Of a stretch of 64,000 nt of DNA, positions 61,703 to 64,000 are shown piece after piece. Numbering within the stretch: position 1 is the stretch's first letter; each line of letters starts with the position of its first letter. The notes under the pieces are model-generated. The model was not told the origin of the DNA. It saw only the letters and a list, made by a program, of their open reading frames with translations, and did not search any database. The position numbers and the translations under genes were made by a program. This DNA is from Minutocellus sp. GHC0000111 (lineage: Eukaryota), in the NCBI GenBank assembly GCA_977018835.1, contig OZ361261.1, positions 496,001-560,000 on the forward strand. The letters run 5' to 3'.

Positions 61703-61994
61703 TCTAGCTAGGATTGTGATTCTCTATTAGCTTGTCTATCAATGACATATATGTGCAGTATTGGTAGCGAATGTGTTGTATGTGTTCAATGTGGCGTTGA
61801 TATGTGATTGCGGGCATGGCTTTACTATGTGCTACGTAGCTCTTGCCGTGATTTATTTACATGTCAAGGGTGAAGATACCCTCGTCTTCACCCTCCTCGT
61901 CGTCGTTATGAACATAGGACGGAATGGCCGTTGAATGAGGCCAACGGAAGCTGTGCCTGCTCTTGTCGCTGCTTGTCGTTGATAGCGGTAGCGC

Positions 61995-62567
61995 TTATAC
62001 TGCTGCTGTTGAAAGTCGTCGTCGTCGTCGTCTCAGTCCCGGTGAGGTCGCCAAGCTGAGATGCTCTATGGAGCATCTCAACCAGGTATGCTGATCGGTT
62101 GGAGTCTTCGATAAAGACGGGGGATTCTTGAGGAGTAAAGGGTGGGGGGTGGAATCTTGGGAATCTCCGTAGGCCGCACGCTGTTGATGGCACGATGTCA
62201 CGTGTTGATGTTGTGCTTGCTGACGCTCCTTCATCCCGTCGACGAGGCGCCGGAACATGCACATCTCGCGCCACTCGGCGACGGCCATGTCCTCCCGCAG
62301 CTGCAGCTCGGAGGCAGTGCGGGTTATGTGGGTGCGGGGGAGGGGGATGGGCCTTGATGGGTGGCTGCCAGCTGGCCTCGGAGTTGATGCAGTTGTTGGC
62401 GAGGACTGCTTGTGCTGACTATGACTGTTGTAGATACCACGACCATCGGCGGCGGCGCTGGCCAGGGACAGCTTCGGCAATCGTTCCGCGGGCATAGAGT
62501 CGCGTTGACGAAGCCTCAAGCCGGTAGAGGTCCGGGGTATTGCGGAGGTTTGGTTGATTGGGACCAT
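61995..62567 (-). CDS. Hypothetical protein
   Basis: ORF containing IPLPRTHITRTASELQLREDMAVAEWREMCMFRRLVDGM, which resembles a motif in diatom hypothetical proteins (recall only). The 3' end is uncertain. Confidence 0.5.
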   Translation of the reverse strand: MVPINQTSAIPRTSTGLRLRQRDSMPAERLPKLSLASAAADGRGIYNSHSQHKQSSPTTASTPRPAGSHPSRPIPLPRTHITRTASELQLREDMAVAEWREMCMFRRLVDGMKERQQAQHQHVTSCHQQRAAYGDSQDSTPHPLLLKNPPSLSKTPTDQHTWLRCSIEHLSLATSPGLRRRRRRLSTAAV

Positions 62568-63175
62568 TGCGTTGAAGGTTCGTTGGTTGAAAAGTGCCAG
62601 GAATTCATGGCGGAACGCTTTCAAGCCTGTTGTTTGTTCCGGCGACCGTCCGACCGTCCAGTCCAGCGGCAATAATAATAGGCGGGAAAAAAATCAATAA
62701 GTAAATCGGACACCGAAGAGCATGGCATCTGGCATTTGACGTCACATCAAAGCCTTTTCTTATCCGGGTGTTTACCGAGCGACGGACGAACTAAACGGGC
62801 GACAGAAAGACGATAGAAGAAGAGCGAGAGCGAGAGAGCATGAGAGCATGAGAGAGCAGAGCCGAGCGCGAGCCGTTGCAAGTTGAAAGAAAGCTGCAGA
62901 GGGAGGGGAGTGAGCCGAGTTGTCGAGTCTCACCGGAACTAGATCTACCGGTACATGTACCTGCACACTTGCATGTAACGTTACATTTCACGTTCGATGG
63001 ATCTCTCATTCTATGCAATAGGATTTCCTTAAATTTACAATTCGCATCACCGGCTACAATAGATCTAGATCTAATTGAAGAGAGATTTGGAGAGGGTTGC
63101 CGGCCTACATAGATCTACCGGTACCGTCGATCTGCATACAGAGCGTCCAGCACAAGTTCACAGCTGTAGATAGAT

Positions 63176-64000
63176 CTACTCCTTGGACTTCTTCTTCTTT
63201 TTCTTCTTTGGTGAATCGTCGCCATCCTCGGCCTTGCGCTTTTTGTCCTTCTTTTTCTTCTTGTCCTTCTTCTTCGGACTGCTGTCATCGCTGTTACCAT
63301 CGGCATCCAGAACCATATCGTTGGAATCATTGTAGCCTGATGCTGCTGCCGATTTCGCAGCCACGGGATTGTACTTGGAGGTCTTGCCGGAGGTGAGGGC
63401 ACCGTCCTTGTTGGCCGAAGCCGCGATGGCACCACTTCCACCCTCCAATTGTCGCAATCGGGCCTCAACCTTGGCACGGCCTTCGTAACCGATGGTTGTG
63501 TCAACAGTTTCGGAGGTTTCATCCGAAAGGGCATCAACTCTGGTGGCCAGAGCTGCCTTGGCGGCAAGGACACGGCTGATCTTGCCCTTATGCTTGGGTG
63601 CCGCCTGGCCAATAAGAGAGGCGTGGTAAATGAGACCATACTTGGGCGTGTCATGCTTGGTCTTGAGAGCTCGGAAGAGGGCCTTCTCGGCACCAAGAAT
63701 CTGCACGGTTGACGCAGGAGCCTTGGCGAGATTCATGAGCGAGCCGGCATGAGAAATCAATCTGGCACCAATTAGCTCCCCAACCAGAATGGTTAAGTTG
63801 GGCGCAATGGCATTCATCCGGTTCTTAAGATATTCGAAGAGCTGTGCGCGGTATTCGGTCATACTGAGAACCTGCTCGGCCAGGGACTGAATGTTAATTA
63901 CGTCAATGTCCGAGATCTCCGTTCCCATGGAAACCTCCGCCGCCTCCTTGAGGGCGGTTTCAACATTCTCATCTTCCAGAATTTGTGACATATCTGTGCC
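63176..64000 (-). CDS. NOP58: Nucleolar protein NOP58 (box C/D snoRNP), 5' partial
   Basis: [66 protein letters not shown]; Lys-rich tail. Confidence 0.95.
   Translation of the reverse strand, partial: GTDMSQILEDENVETALKEAAEVSMGTEISDIDVINIQSLAEQVLSMTEYRAQLFEYLKNRMNAIAPNLTILVGELIGARLISHAGSLMNLAKAPASTVQILGAEKALFRALKTKHDTPKYGLIYHASLIGQAAPKHKGKISRVLAAKAALATRVDALSDETSETVDTTIGYEGRAKVEARLRQLEGGSGAIAASANKDGALTSGKTSKYNPVAAKSAAASGYNDSNDMVLDADGNSDDSSPKKKDKKKKKDKKRKAEDGDDSPKKKKKKKSKE

Overview
Gene-dense eukaryotic nuclear DNA with short GT-AG introns and signal+SAF/AF plastid-targeting leaders. It is most consistent with a diatom, probably a centric one given the kinesin-2 gene (inference). About 28 protein genes are recognisable: an LNR-repeat protein, NAC-alpha, ferrochelatase, UCH, COQ9, a tyrosine phosphatase, GST, RPN9, kinesin-2, a DSP-like protein, BAG, NOP15, Ku70, LKR/SDH, a subtilisin, TrmA, a MORN protein, HisD, NOP58 and others. 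Main highlights: (1) A 2577-bp CAC...GTG DNA transposon (50978-53554, 4-bp GGCC TSD) carries a RAG1/Transib/Chapaev-type transposase C-terminus. Its two ends are bipartite and differ by exactly 11 bp, reading as heptamer-12-CGGATGA versus heptamer-23-CGGATGA, like V(D)J RSSs. (2) The interior of that element is almost free of TpA, and its two long ORFs lack Tyr but are rich in Cys/His. This suggests a repeat-directed TpA>TpG/CpA hypermutation process, the reverse of RIP. (3) About a third of the host genes carry nonsense codons or frameshifts, including an 8-bp footprint-like duplication and a ~17-bp deletion. (4) A near-identical 2673-bp tandem duplication. (5) A Sola-like non-autonomous element, a probable copia gag relic, and intergenic fields of TA-flanked palindromes resembling transposon excision footprints. 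All calls come from reading the sequence by eye; no searches were run.
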